Below are positions 9,013 to 18,286 of a stretch of DNA of 46,612 nt, piece by piece (position 1 is the stretch's first letter; every line of letters begins with the position of its first letter). The notes beneath the pieces were generated by a model, which saw nothing but the letters and a program-made list of their open reading frames with translations, searched no databases and was not told the origin of the DNA. Source of the DNA: Armatimonadota bacterium (GTDB lineage: Bacteria; Sysuimicrobiota; Sysuimicrobiia; Sysuimicrobiales; Humicultoraceae); NCBI GenBank assembly GCA_037443365.1, contig JBBIOM010000017.1, forward strand, positions 1 to 46,612, read 5' to 3'. The position numbers and the translations under genes are program-made.

Positions 9013-9726
9013 ATGTGCGGGTCTCGCGCCCTTGTCCTTGCCACCCTTGTGGCAACCCTGGGATCAGGAGTGGTGTTGATGTCACAGAATCCAGGTCAGC
9101 ATGGGGCGGCGGCCTCCGGGCCAGCAGGCGAGCGCGTGAAGCTGCCGGCGCCGCGGACAGAGAGCGACACCTCGGTGGAGGGCGCTCTCCAGCGCCGCAG
9201 GTCGGTAAGGGAGTACCGTGACGCCCCGCTGTCGGTTCCCGAGATCGCGCAACTCCTGTGGTCGGCGCAGGGGATCACCGAGCCCCGGGAGTCGCGCAGG
9301 ACGGCGCCGTCCGCGGGCGCCACATATCCTCTGGAGACGTACTTGGTCAGCGGGAACGTCGCGGGACTGCCCAGGGGGGTCTACAAGTACAACCCCCAAG
9401 GGCACGAGATCAGCAGGCTTAGGGATGGCGACGTGCGCAGGGACCTGGCGGCAGCGGCGCTCGGGCAGTCCTGCGTCGAGCAGGGCGCCGCCGTCCTGGT
9501 GCTCTCAGCGGTGTACGAGCGCACGACCCGGCGCTACGGAGAGCGGGGTGTGCGCTACGTGCACATGGAGGCCGGGCACGCCGCCCAGAACGTCTACCTG
9601 CAGGCGGTTGCGCTTGGCCTGGGCACGGTGGTCGTGGGGGCGTTTGATGACGAGCGGGTACGGCGGATCGTCGGGATGCCCGAGGGCGAGCACCCGCTCT
9701 ACATCATGCCATTGGGGAAGCGATAA
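9013..9726 (+). CDS. SagB/ThcOx-like nitroreductase family protein
   Basis: RRRSVREY, RTAPSAGATYPLE, EAGHAAQNVYLQA, VGAFDD; an alternative start at ATG 9079 is possible. Confidence 0.85.
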   Translation: MCGSRALVLATLVATLGSGVVLMSQNPGQHGAAASGPAGERVKLPAPRTESDTSVEGALQRRRSVREYRDAPLSVPEIAQLLWSAQGITEPRESRRTAPSAGATYPLETYLVSGNVAGLPRGVYKYNPQGHEISRLRDGDVRRDLAAAALGQSCVEQGAAVLVLSAVYERTTRRYGERGVRYVHMEAGHAAQNVYLQAVALGLGTVVVGAFDDERVRRIVGMPEGEHPLYIMPLGKR

Positions 9727-10249
9727 GCAGCACGATCACCTCGGTGGGTCCGTGCGCGCCGAGCACCGGGACGAGCCCGATGTCCGCGCTGCGGCTGGGT
9801 CCGGTGATGAGCACAAGCGCCGAGGGCAGCGGACCGCGCCGGTCCAGGAGCGCGGCCGGGTCGGCCACGATCTGGTCGGCGCGCAGCAGCGCCAGGTGCA
9901 CGGGCGGTAGCAGGGATACCGCCTGCGGCCGGCCCGGCGCGGTGGACAGGACAAGCGACCCGGTCTCGGCTACTCCCGCCTCCGTGCCGGTGATCCCGAT
10001 CTCGGCCGCGGCGAGCGTCTCGAAGCGCGCCCGGGGGTCGAGGATCTCCACCCCGGCGGCGCGCAGGCGTTCCTGAATCAGGGCCACATCGGGCGCGTCC
10101 CACAGCACGGCGCGTCGAACGCGCCGCTCCCTGCACAGCGCCACCGTCTGCTCGGCCGCTTCGTCGGCGCTGCCCACGGCAATGACGGCCACGCCCGCCT
10201 GTCCGGCGCGCTCGGTGAAGAGATCTGTCAGCGTTCGCTCCTGGCTCAT
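9704..10249 (-). CDS. lutC: Lactate utilization protein C (LUD domain)
   Basis: AETGSLVL, SLLPPVH, ITGPSRSADI, GAHGP. Confidence 0.85.
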   Translation of the reverse strand: MSQERTLTDLFTERAGQAGVAVIAVGSADEAAEQTVALCRERRVRRAVLWDAPDVALIQERLRAAGVEILDPRARFETLAAAEIGITGTEAGVAETGSLVLSTAPGRPQAVSLLPPVHLALLRADQIVADPAALLDRRGPLPSALVLITGPSRSADIGLVPVLGAHGPTEVIVLLIASPMA

Positions 10250-11670
10250 CCGCGTCCCCCTCGCGGCCCCCTCCACATGCTACGGAAGGGCCTGGGCGCA
10301 AGGACCGGTGCACAGCGGTGTGCCGTCCATCCCGCGAGCGGGGGAGGCAGGCGCTCGATCCTTCCGCCCCTGGCCAGCAGCCGCTGCGCCAGGCGTCCGA
10401 GAGCCCCCCCCAGCGCGAACCGCGCCGGGCTGCGCGTGAAGAAGGTCCACGCACCCACCAGCATCCTGTCCCGCCAGGGCGCAAGCCCGGCGCGCACCGC
10501 GCGTGAGCGCAGCTCGACCAGCATGCCCGGCAGGTCAACCTTCACCGGGCAGACGCCGGCGCACGCGCGGCACAGCGTGGACGCAAACGGGAGATCACGC
10601 GCGCGCTCCAGGCCCTCGTAGGCCGGCGTCAGCACGGCGCCGATCGGGCCGGCGTAGACCGAACCGTAGGCATGCCCGCCCGCGTGCCGGTACACCGGGC
10701 ACTCGTTCTGGCACGCGCCGCAACGGATGCACCGGAGCGCCTCGCGCATTGCCTCATCTGCCAGCAGGCGCCTGCGGCCGCCATCCAGGATGACCAGGTG
10801 CAGAGCCTCGGGACCGTCGGTCTCCCCGGGCCTGCGCGGGCCTGTCAGCAGCGACACGTACGCGCTCGCGCGCTGCCCGGTGCCGCTGCGGGCGAGGATC
10901 CGCAGGAAGACACCGAGGTCCGCCAGGCCGGGCAGGACCTTCTCGATGCCCATCACCGCCACGTGGACGCGCGGCCGGGCGGTGGTGAGCCGGGCGTTGC
11001 CCTCGTTCTCCACGATCACCAGGGTGCCGGTTTCGGCGATCGCGAAGTTCACGCCGGTGATCCCCATCTCGGCGGCCGCAAACTCCGCGCGCAGCACCTC
11101 CCTGGCCACGCGCGCCAGGTCCTCGGGCCGCTCGTAGCGTGGGGTACCCAGCTTGCGCGCGAACAGGTCGGAGATCTCCTCGGTCGGCTTGTGGATCACC
11201 GGCGCTATGAGGTGGCTGGGGCGCTCGCCTGCGAGCTGCGCGATGTACTCGCCGAGGTCGGTCTCCACGACCCTGGCACCGATCGCCTCGAGGGCAGGAT
11301 TGAGGCGTATCTCCTCGGTGGTCATGGACTTGCTCTTGACTATGCGGAGGGCGCCATGCGAGCGGGCCAACCCGGTGATGATCGCGCGCGCCTCCGCCGC
11401 GTCGGCGGCCCGGTGAACGATGCCGCCCAGCGCGCTCACGCGCGATTCGAGCCGCGCGAGGTACTCCTCCAGGTTGGCAAGCACGTGATCCTTGATCTCG
11501 GCCGCCGCGCTGCGCAGGGATTCCCACTCGGGCAGCTCGGCGGCGGCCTCGGCCCGCGCCCGGCGGGACGCCGGCATGGCCTTTGCCATCTGGCGCTGCA
11601 GGGACTCATCCCGCAGCGCCCGCTCGATGTTGCGGAGCATGTCTATCCGGGGCGCGCAGTCGGGCATCAC
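10246..11670 (-). CDS. lutB: Lactate utilization protein B (Fe-S, LUD domain)
   Basis: KSKSMTTEE, ETDLGEYI, ENEGN, CIRCGACQNECPVY, STLCRACAGVCPVK; start GTG 11670 or ATG 11667. Confidence 0.88.
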   Translation of the reverse strand: MMPDCAPRIDMLRNIERALRDESLQRQMAKAMPASRRARAEAAAELPEWESLRSAAAEIKDHVLANLEEYLARLESRVSALGGIVHRAADAAEARAIITGLARSHGALRIVKSKSMTTEEIRLNPALEAIGARVVETDLGEYIAQLAGERPSHLIAPVIHKPTEEISDLFARKLGTPRYERPEDLARVAREVLRAEFAAAEMGITGVNFAIAETGTLVIVENEGNARLTTARPRVHVAVMGIEKVLPGLADLGVFLRILARSGTGQRASAYVSLLTGPRRPGETDGPEALHLVILDGGRRRLLADEAMREALRCIRCGACQNECPVYRHAGGHAYGSVYAGPIGAVLTPAYEGLERARDLPFASTLCRACAGVCPVKVDLPGMLVELRSRAVRAGLAPWRDRMLVGAWTFFTRSPARFALGGALGRLAQRLLARGGRIERLPPPLAGWTAHRCAPVLAPRPFRSMWRGPRGGRG

Positions 11671-12389
11671 GATTCGGCCAGGATCTCGGCCAGGTGCACC
11701 GCGCGCACGCGGCTGCCCCTCCGCGAGAGTCCGCCTGAGATGTGCATCAGGCAGCTCACGTCGGTGGCCGTGACCACCTCGGCGCCGCTGGCCTCTATGG
11801 TGTCGATCTTGGCGGAGAGCATCGCGCCGGAGAGCGCGGCGTACTTGATCGAGAAGAACCCCCCGAACCCGCAGCACTGCTCGGCGTCGGGCAACCCCAC
11901 GAGGCGCAGATCGCGCACCGCGCGCAGCAGGGAGAGCGGTTCTTCCAGCAGCCCCAGCCCTCGCAGGCCGTGGCACGACGGGTGGTAGGCGACCGTGGCG
12001 GGGAAACGGGCGCCCAGGTCCGTGGCACCCAGCACACGCACCAGGTACTCGCTCAACTCATAGGTACGCGAGGCAACGGAGCGCGCCAGGCCGGACAGCC
12101 CCGGCGCATCCGCGAACAGGCGCGGGTACCACCCACGCACCATGTCGGCGCAGGAGCCCGAAGGCGCCACTATGGCCGGCGCATCTGCAAACACCTCCAG
12201 GAAGTGCCGCGCGAGCGTGCGCGCCTCTTCCTGGAACCCGTTGTTGAAGGCGGCCTGGCCGCAACAGGTCTGCGCCCGCGGGAACGCTACGGCGCAGCCG
12301 GCGCGCCCCAGGACGCGCGCCGCGGCCTCGCCCACCTGCGGGTAGAGCTGGTCCACCAGGCAGGTGACGAAGAGGGCAACCTCTCTCAC
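11667..12389 (-). CDS. lutA: Lactate utilization protein A (CCG domains)
   Basis: LFVTCLVD, QTCCGQ, PSGSC, YHPSCH, CCGFGG, SCLMHI. Confidence 0.88.
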   Translation of the reverse strand: MREVALFVTCLVDQLYPQVGEAAARVLGRAGCAVAFPRAQTCCGQAAFNNGFQEEARTLARHFLEVFADAPAIVAPSGSCADMVRGWYPRLFADAPGLSGLARSVASRTYELSEYLVRVLGATDLGARFPATVAYHPSCHGLRGLGLLEEPLSLLRAVRDLRLVGLPDAEQCCGFGGFFSIKYAALSGAMLSAKIDTIEASGAEVVTATDVSCLMHISGGLSRRGSRVRAVHLAEILAES

Positions 12390-12406
12390 GGCGCGTCGCG
12401 GCTATC

Positions 12407-13561
12407 TCACAGGAGGGCCGCCGCCTCGAGCGTGGCGGCTCCCTTAGGCATCCGGACCCCCTCGGCAGTCAGGACCGACTCCAGCGCGCCAAGGAGCAGC
12501 AGGACCCAGCGCGGCTGGCTGGAGTGTCCCATCAGCCCGATCCGCCAGACCCTGCCGCGCAGCGGTCCCAGCCCGCCGGCGATCTCTATCCCGTACTCCG
12601 CCAGCAGCCTGGCGCGCACGCGCGCGTCGTCGGCGCCTTCGGGCACAACAACCGTCGTTATGGTGGGGGAGCGGTCGGGCTCGCCAGCCAGCAGCTGCAG
12701 GCCCATGGCGCGCAGCCCGGCCCATAGGGCGCGGGTGTGGCGCCAGTGACGCGCCACCCGTGCCTCGATCCCCTCCTCCACCGCGAGCCGCAGCGCCGCG
12801 CGCATGGCGTAGATCTGCTGGACCGGCACGGTGTGGTGGTAGGCGTGCGTGGGCCCCCAGTACTTCCACAGCTCCTCGAGATCCAGGTAGTAGGCCGCGG
12901 GCCGCCCCCGGCCGCGGGTGCGCGCGTGCGCGGTCACCGGCGCCATGCCGGGAGGCGCGCTCAGGCACTTCTGCGACCCGCTGTAGCAGGCGTCTATGCC
13001 CCAGCCGTCCACCGGCAGCTCGGCGCCGGCCAGGGAGGCCACGGCGTCTACCAGGAACGTCGCGCCGTGCTCGTGCGCCACGCGCGCGAGATCGGTCAGG
13101 GGTTGCAGCACACCCGTCGAGGTCTCGACGTGCACCGCGGCCACGCACGCAACCTTCCGCCCCCCGGGAGGCGAAGCGAGCGCTCGCTCGAGGTCGGAGG
13201 GGCTCACGGTGCGGCCCCAGGGCGCTTCGACCCGGATCACCTCGGCGCCGATGCGCGTCGCGATCTCGATGATGCGATCGGCGAAGAACCCGGCGGTGCA
13301 GACGCAAAGTGCCTCGCCCGGCCGCACCATGTGCAGCAGCGCGGCCTCCATCCCCGCCGTGCCGGTTCCCGAGACCGGCAGGGCCAACTCGTTGGCGGTC
13401 TGAAATACGCGGCGCAGCAGCCCGACGGTCTCGTCAACGATGCGGAGCATGTCGGGATCCATGTGCCCGAGCAGCGGCTGCGCCAGCGCCTCGGTGACCT
13501 GGGGAGGGAGCATGCTCGGTCCCGGGCCCAGGAGGATTCGCTCGCTGGGGGTCTCACTCAT
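12407..13561 (-). CDS. Class V PLP aminotransferase, alanine/serine-glyoxylate aminotransferase family
   Basis: LLGPGP, SGTGTAGME, HVETSTG, VDAVAS, SGSQKCLSAPPG (PLP Lys), YHHT, WRIGLMG; GGAGG before ATG 13561. Confidence 0.88.
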   Translation of the reverse strand: MSETPSERILLGPGPSMLPPQVTEALAQPLLGHMDPDMLRIVDETVGLLRRVFQTANELALPVSGTGTAGMEAALLHMVRPGEALCVCTAGFFADRIIEIATRIGAEVIRVEAPWGRTVSPSDLERALASPPGGRKVACVAAVHVETSTGVLQPLTDLARVAHEHGATFLVDAVASLAGAELPVDGWGIDACYSGSQKCLSAPPGMAPVTAHARTRGRGRPAAYYLDLEELWKYWGPTHAYHHTVPVQQIYAMRAALRLAVEEGIEARVARHWRHTRALWAGLRAMGLQLLAGEPDRSPTITTVVVPEGADDARVRARLLAEYGIEIAGGLGPLRGRVWRIGLMGHSSQPRWVLLLLGALESVLTAEGVRMPKGAATLEAAALL

Positions 13562-13578
13562 GGCGGCCTCCTTCGCTG

Positions 13579-14622
13579 CTACTCCTTGTCTCCTCCGGGC
13601 GCCAGCACCTCGGCGCCCACCTTCATGGCGCACTCGCGCAGGAACCGCGCGCCCTGCTCGGGCACGACGGGGTTGATGTAGAACCCCGATCCCCACTCGA
13701 ACCCGGCAACCTGGGTGAGCCGCGGCATGATCTCGAGGTGCCAGTGATAGAAGTGCCCGGCGTGGTCCGAGTAGGGGGCGGTGTGCACGATGTAGTTGTA
13801 CGGCGGGTTGTTCAGGCACGAGTGCAGCGCGCCAAGCGTCGTCCTCAGCGCGTCGGCAAAGGGCAGCATGTCCGCCTCGTCGAGCAGCCCGAACGAGGCC
13901 CGGTGCTCCTTGGGCAGCAGCCACGTCTCGAAGGGAAAGCGCGCAGCGTAGGGCTGCATCGCCACGAAGCGCTCGTTCTCGAAGACGATGCGCTCGCGCG
14001 CCGCCAGCTCCTGCTCGATCAGGCGGCAGAAGACGCACACCGCGTTCCTTCCGAAATAGCGCTCCGCCACCTCCAACTCCTCGGCCGCGCGCCTGGGGAC
14101 CACCGGCAGGGCGATGAGCTGCGAATGAGGGTGGGACAGCGATGCGCCCGCGGTGCGACCGTGGTTGCGGAAGAGCAGCGCGTACTCGAACCGGTCGTCG
14201 CCGTCCAGGTCGCGGTAGCGGTGCAGGTACGCCCTTACAACGTCGGCAACCGCGCCCGATGGCATCAGCCCCAGGTGCGTGTCGTGATCGGTTGACTCGA
14301 TGATGACCTCGTGCGCGCCGACCCCATCCATGCGCGTGAACATCCCCCTGGTGCTGCGCGCGGTGTCGCCCTCGATGCGCAGGGCCGGGAACTTGTTCGA
14401 AACGACACGCACCTGCCATCCGGGCGCGTCGCGCGCCGTGCCGTCTTGGCGAATGGCGAAGACCTCGGGCGGCGTCTGGCCCTCGCGGCCCGGGCAGAAC
14501 GGGCAGCGCTCCAGGTCGTTTACCTCCACGGGTGAGGTCCGGAAGTCTGTGGGCCGCGCGGCCCGTTCGGTCGCGATGATCACCCAGCGGCCGGTGATCG
14601 GATCCGTGCGCAGTTCAGGCAA
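13579..14622 (-). CDS. galT: GalT-like nucleotidylyltransferase (galactose-1-phosphate uridylyltransferase family)
   Basis: ELRTDPITGRWV, CPFCPG, GAHEVIIE, GASLSHPHSQ (HxHxQ), YHWHLEI, AGFEWGSG; TTG start with GAGGTG RBS. Confidence 0.8.
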   Translation of the reverse strand: MPELRTDPITGRWVIIATERAARPTDFRTSPVEVNDLERCPFCPGREGQTPPEVFAIRQDGTARDAPGWQVRVVSNKFPALRIEGDTARSTRGMFTRMDGVGAHEVIIESTDHDTHLGLMPSGAVADVVRAYLHRYRDLDGDDRFEYALLFRNHGRTAGASLSHPHSQLIALPVVPRRAAEELEVAERYFGRNAVCVFCRLIEQELAARERIVFENERFVAMQPYAARFPFETWLLPKEHRASFGLLDEADMLPFADALRTTLGALHSCLNNPPYNYIVHTAPYSDHAGHFYHWHLEIMPRLTQVAGFEWGSGFYINPVVPEQGARFLRECAMKVGAEVLAPGGDKE

Positions 14623-14654
14623 AGCCGCTCACCTCGTCTCGATGATTCGCCGCC

Positions 14655-16100
14655 TCAGAACGGGCGCTCCGTGGCCCTCCGGATGGCGGCCCCGTACAGT
14701 TCGATGTAGCGGCCTGCCACCCTGTCCCAAGAGAAATCGGCGAGCATCCCTGTCTGCTGCAGCGCTCGCCACAGACCCGGGTCGCGATAGGCCGCTACGG
14801 CGCGGCCTATCGTCGCCACCAGCGCTTGGGGCGAGTAGTCGTCGAAGACGAAACCGTTGGCGCGCCCCAGCGCGACGTTCTCCGGCGTGGCGTCCACTAT
14901 GCTGTCCGCAAGCCCGCCCGTACGCCGCACCAAAGGGGGAGTACCATATCGGAGGCTGTAGAGCTGGTTGAGGCCGGACGGCTCGAAGCGCGACGGCATC
15001 AGGAAGATGTCGGCGCCGGCCTCGATCCTGTGGGCAAGTCCCTCATCGAATCCCACGACCGCGCGCACCTGGTTGGGGAACCGCGAGGAGGCCTGCCGGA
15101 ACGCCTCCTCGAAGGCCGGGTCGCCCGCACCGAGGATGACCATCTGAACCCCGGCGGCAACTATCGCGTCCATCGCGGCGGCCACCAGGTCGAACCCCTT
15201 CTGGGACACCAGGCGGGCGACGGTTCCGATCAGCGGCACGTAGGCATGAACCGGCAGGCCCACCTCCTGTTGGAGCGCCGCCTTACAGCGGGCCTTCCCG
15301 GTGAGGTCCCCTGCATCGTAGTGCGCCGGGATGTGAGGGTCGGATACGGGATCCCACTGCGCATAGTCCACGCCGTTCAGGATCCCGAAGAGATCGGCCG
15401 AGCGCGCCCGCAGCAGCCCGTCCAGGCCTGCCCCGAACTCCTCGGATTGGATCTCCCTGGCGTACGTCTCGCTCACCGTGCTGAGGGCGTGTGAGTACAC
15501 AAGGCCCGCCTTCAGGACGTTGACGTTCCCGTAGAACTCCAGGCCGTCGGGCGTGAAGGTCTCGGGCGGCAGGCAGACCAGCGGGAACTTCTCGCGTGCG
15601 AAGATGCCCTGATGAGCCAGGTTGTGCACCGTGAACAGGGTCGGAAGGGGATCACGGTGCGCCCGGAGGTAGGCGGGGACGAGCGCTGTGTGCCAGTCGT
15701 GGCAGTGCACCAGATCCGGCGGCCATGCATCGTACATCAGCCCCAGCACGGACTGACAGAAGAAGGCAAACCGCACCAGGTTGTCCTCGTAGTCCTGCCC
15801 CTCTTCGCCGTAGATGCCGTCGCGGTCATACAGGGCTGGCTGGTCCAGGAAGTAGCACGGCACGCCGTCCGGGGATGTCCCCTGCAGGACCGTGCCCTCG
15901 ATCGCGGCCCCGCCTATGACACTGTAGACCTGCTTGACCGGCTCGAGCCCGTCGCGGCCGATGCCGCGGTAGAGAGGCATCATCACGCGCACGTCCAGGC
16001 ACTTGCGGCGCAGCGCAGCGGGCAGGGCCCCGGCGACGTCGGCAAGCCCTCCTGTCTTGGCGTACGGCACCGCCTCCGACACGCAGAACAGAACCTTCAC
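14655..16100 (-). CDS. glgA: Glycogen synthase
   Basis: KTGGLADV, HCHDWH, TVHNLAHQG, RLVSQKG, MPSRFEPSGLNQ, TGGLAD. Confidence 0.92.
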   Translation of the reverse strand: MKVLFCVSEAVPYAKTGGLADVAGALPAALRRKCLDVRVMMPLYRGIGRDGLEPVKQVYSVIGGAAIEGTVLQGTSPDGVPCYFLDQPALYDRDGIYGEEGQDYEDNLVRFAFFCQSVLGLMYDAWPPDLVHCHDWHTALVPAYLRAHRDPLPTLFTVHNLAHQGIFAREKFPLVCLPPETFTPDGLEFYGNVNVLKAGLVYSHALSTVSETYAREIQSEEFGAGLDGLLRARSADLFGILNGVDYAQWDPVSDPHIPAHYDAGDLTGKARCKAALQQEVGLPVHAYVPLIGTVARLVSQKGFDLVAAAMDAIVAAGVQMVILGAGDPAFEEAFRQASSRFPNQVRAVVGFDEGLAHRIEAGADIFLMPSRFEPSGLNQLYSLRYGTPPLVRRTGGLADSIVDATPENVALGRANGFVFDDYSPQALVATIGRAVAAYRDPGLWRALQQTGMLADFSWDRVAGRYIELYGAAIRRATERPF

Positions 16101-16109
16101 CGATGTCCC

Positions 16110-17495
16110 TCACTCTCTCTCCTGTGCGGGCCCCAGGAGCCCAAGCCACAGGTCGTTGACGTTCGTGCCCGTCGGTCCGCTAACAATGAGATCGCCCAGC
16201 GCATCAAAGAACGTGTAGGCGTCGTTGTTGGCCAGATGGGCGGACGGGTCGAGCCCCAGGGTGCGGGCCCGCGCCAGCGTCGTGCCGTCGGCCACCGCGC
16301 CCGCGGCGTCGGTGGGCCCGTCGGTGCCATCTGTCCCAAACGCCGCCACAAGCGTCTGGGGGAGGCCGGCGACGGCCGCGGCCGAAGCCAGCGCCAGCTC
16401 CTGGTTGCGGCCTCCCCTGCCCTTTCCCACCACCGTAACCGTGGTCTCGCCGCCGGCTATCAGGCACACGGGCCCTGCGCGTGGCGCGCCGGCGGACCGC
16501 TCGTCACGCACCCGCGCACCGAATCGCGCCCCCACTTCGCGCGCCTCGCCCTCGGTGTCGGTCGCACACAGAATTACATTGTATCCCAAAGCGTCGGCGC
16601 GCTCAACCGCGGCCTGCGCGGCCAGGGCGATGTCGCCGACGACCACCGTCCTGGCCCCGGCGAAGGCCGGATCGCCTGGCTTGGGATTCTCGGGCAGGCC
16701 GCCGGCCGCGCCGCGCTCCAGGCGCCGGCGAACCGAGGCGGGCAGCGCGCCGCGCAACCCATAGCGGTCCACCACGCGCAGGGCATCGGCGAAGGTGGTC
16801 GGGTCGGGCACGGTCGGGCCCGAGGCGATTGAATCGAGGGGGTTGCCCAGCACGTCGGAGAGGATCAGCGTCACCACGCGCGCGGGCGCCGCCAGGCGGG
16901 CCAGCCACCCGCCCTTTATCCCGGAAAGGTGCCTGCGCACGGTGTTGACCTCGGTGATCGTGGCACCCGAGCGCAGCAGCAGGTCGGTGGCGGCGATCTT
17001 CTCTTGCAGCGCGATGTCTTCGGGGGGCATGGGCAGCAGGGCCGACCCACCCCCGGAAATGAGCGCGAAGACCAGATCGCCCGGGCCGGCTGACTCTGCG
17101 ATTCGCGCAATCAGTCGCGCGCCCGCCAGCCCGGCCGCGTCCGGAAGGGGATGGCCGGCCTCTGTGACCCGAATCCTCGCAAGGGGCCTGCCGTGTCCAT
17201 ACTTGGTTGTGACCGCACCGCCGGCTATCCGGTCGCCCAGGAGGGCTTCCAGCGCCGAAGCCATTCCGGTCGCGGCCTTGCCGGCACCCACTACGAAGAT
17301 CCGTCCGCCCGGCGGAAGATCGCAGGGTTCGCCGCCGGCTGTCAGGCGGCCTCCGTGCACCTGCACGGCCCGGAGCACGGCTGATGCGGGATCGGCGGCT
17401 GAGGTCGCGGCCTGAAGGATCAAGGCGGCGTGACGGCGCAGCCCTGCGGTCTCACCGTGGAAGAGCCTGGCATCGATGCGCGCAGCAGGCATCAT
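16110..17495 (-). CDS. Glycerate 2-kinase (MOFRL family)
   Basis: GAGKA, AGHPLPD, LISGGGSAL, SDVLG, IASGPT, GGETTV, GRGGRNQE, GTDGTDG, TGTNVND. Confidence 0.88.
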   Translation of the reverse strand: MMPAARIDARLFHGETAGLRRHAALILQAATSAADPASAVLRAVQVHGGRLTAGGEPCDLPPGGRIFVVGAGKAATGMASALEALLGDRIAGGAVTTKYGHGRPLARIRVTEAGHPLPDAAGLAGARLIARIAESAGPGDLVFALISGGGSALLPMPPEDIALQEKIAATDLLLRSGATITEVNTVRRHLSGIKGGWLARLAAPARVVTLILSDVLGNPLDSIASGPTVPDPTTFADALRVVDRYGLRGALPASVRRRLERGAAGGLPENPKPGDPAFAGARTVVVGDIALAAQAAVERADALGYNVILCATDTEGEAREVGARFGARVRDERSAGAPRAGPVCLIAGGETTVTVVGKGRGGRNQELALASAAAVAGLPQTLVAAFGTDGTDGPTDAAGAVADGTTLARARTLGLDPSAHLANNDAYTFFDALGDLIVSGPTGTNVNDLWLGLLGPAQERE

Positions 17496-18286
17496 GCCGG
17501 GGCGACGTTCCACCAGGGCCCGGCCTGGTTGGGACGCACCGCCACGACGCGCACGCCGTGCACCCCGGCGGCTTCCAGCGCGCACCTGACGGTGTCCCGC
17601 GCCAGCGGCGCGAGGTTGTTCACCTCGCTCAGGTGAACAAGGCACACGGTCTGCCTCCTGCCGTCGGCCGCCGCGACCGCCGCGCGCGCGGCGCGGTCGT
17701 TGGACAGGTGACCCCGTGTGCCGACGATGCGGTTCTTGAGGAACCACGGGTAGGGCGAGACCGCCATGAGCCCGAGGTCGTAGTTGGCCTCGAGGATGAA
17801 CAGGTCGGTGCCCCGCGCGCGGGAAAGCAACTCGTCCGTGACCTCACCCAGGTCGGTGGCGATGACTGCCCGCATGCCGTCACTGGCGATGTCGAACCCC
17901 ACGGGCTCGGCGGCATCATGTGGGAGCGGAAATGGCGTGACCTGAACGCTCCCCAGATGAAGCGGCTTCCCTGATCGGAACAGCTCCATCCTGGCGCCCC
18001 CAAGCTGCCAGCCGATCTCCCCGGCGGTCGGCGCGTTTGCCATCACCACGGCCCCGGTTGCGCGGGAGAGGGCTGCGGCTCCCCTGGAATGGTCCTCGTG
18101 CTCGTGCGTCAGGAGGATCGCGTCGAGACGCGGGGCCAGGCCGTCCTGGCCTATCTCCTTCAGGATCGCGTCCGCGCCCAGCCCCGCGTCAACCAGGAGG
18201 CGCGTCGCCCCTGCCTCGACAAGGATCGCGTTGCCCAGGCTGCCGCTGCGCAGCACGCGTGCGCGAAGCGCGCTCCCGGACGTCAT
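17492..18286 (-). CDS. MBL-fold metallo-hydrolase (YycJ/PhnP-like)
   Basis: SGSLGN, THEHEDH, HDAAEP, TDLG, EANYD, GHLSN, HLSEVNN. Confidence 0.85.
   Translation of the reverse strand: MTSGSALRARVLRSGSLGNAILVEAGATRLLVDAGLGADAILKEIGQDGLAPRLDAILLTHEHEDHSRGAAALSRATGAVVMANAPTAGEIGWQLGGARMELFRSGKPLHLGSVQVTPFPLPHDAAEPVGFDIASDGMRAVIATDLGEVTDELLSRARGTDLFILEANYDLGLMAVSPYPWFLKNRIVGTRGHLSNDRAARAAVAAADGRRQTVCLVHLSEVNNLAPLARDTVRCALEAAGVHGVRVVAVRPNQAGPWWNVAPA

Noticed and set aside
7556-9079. Long antisense and alternate-frame ORFs (e.g. 7556..9079 +, 10672..11988 +, 29522..30865 +, 21690..23012 -)
   Set aside because: Shadow ORFs expected in high-GC DNA; they overlap well-supported genes and carry no recognisable motifs.
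9013-9726. RiPP (azole-containing peptide) biosynthetic cluster around the SagB-like gene
   Set aside because: No YcaO cyclodehydratase, precursor peptide or transporter nearby.
12407-14419. Long N-terminal extensions in the ORF track (aminotransferase 670 aa, M28 775 aa, GrdE 512 aa, DUF362 465 aa)
   Set aside because: The extensions overlap neighbouring real genes or intergenic DNA; downstream starts with an RBS or stop/start overlap fit family lengths.
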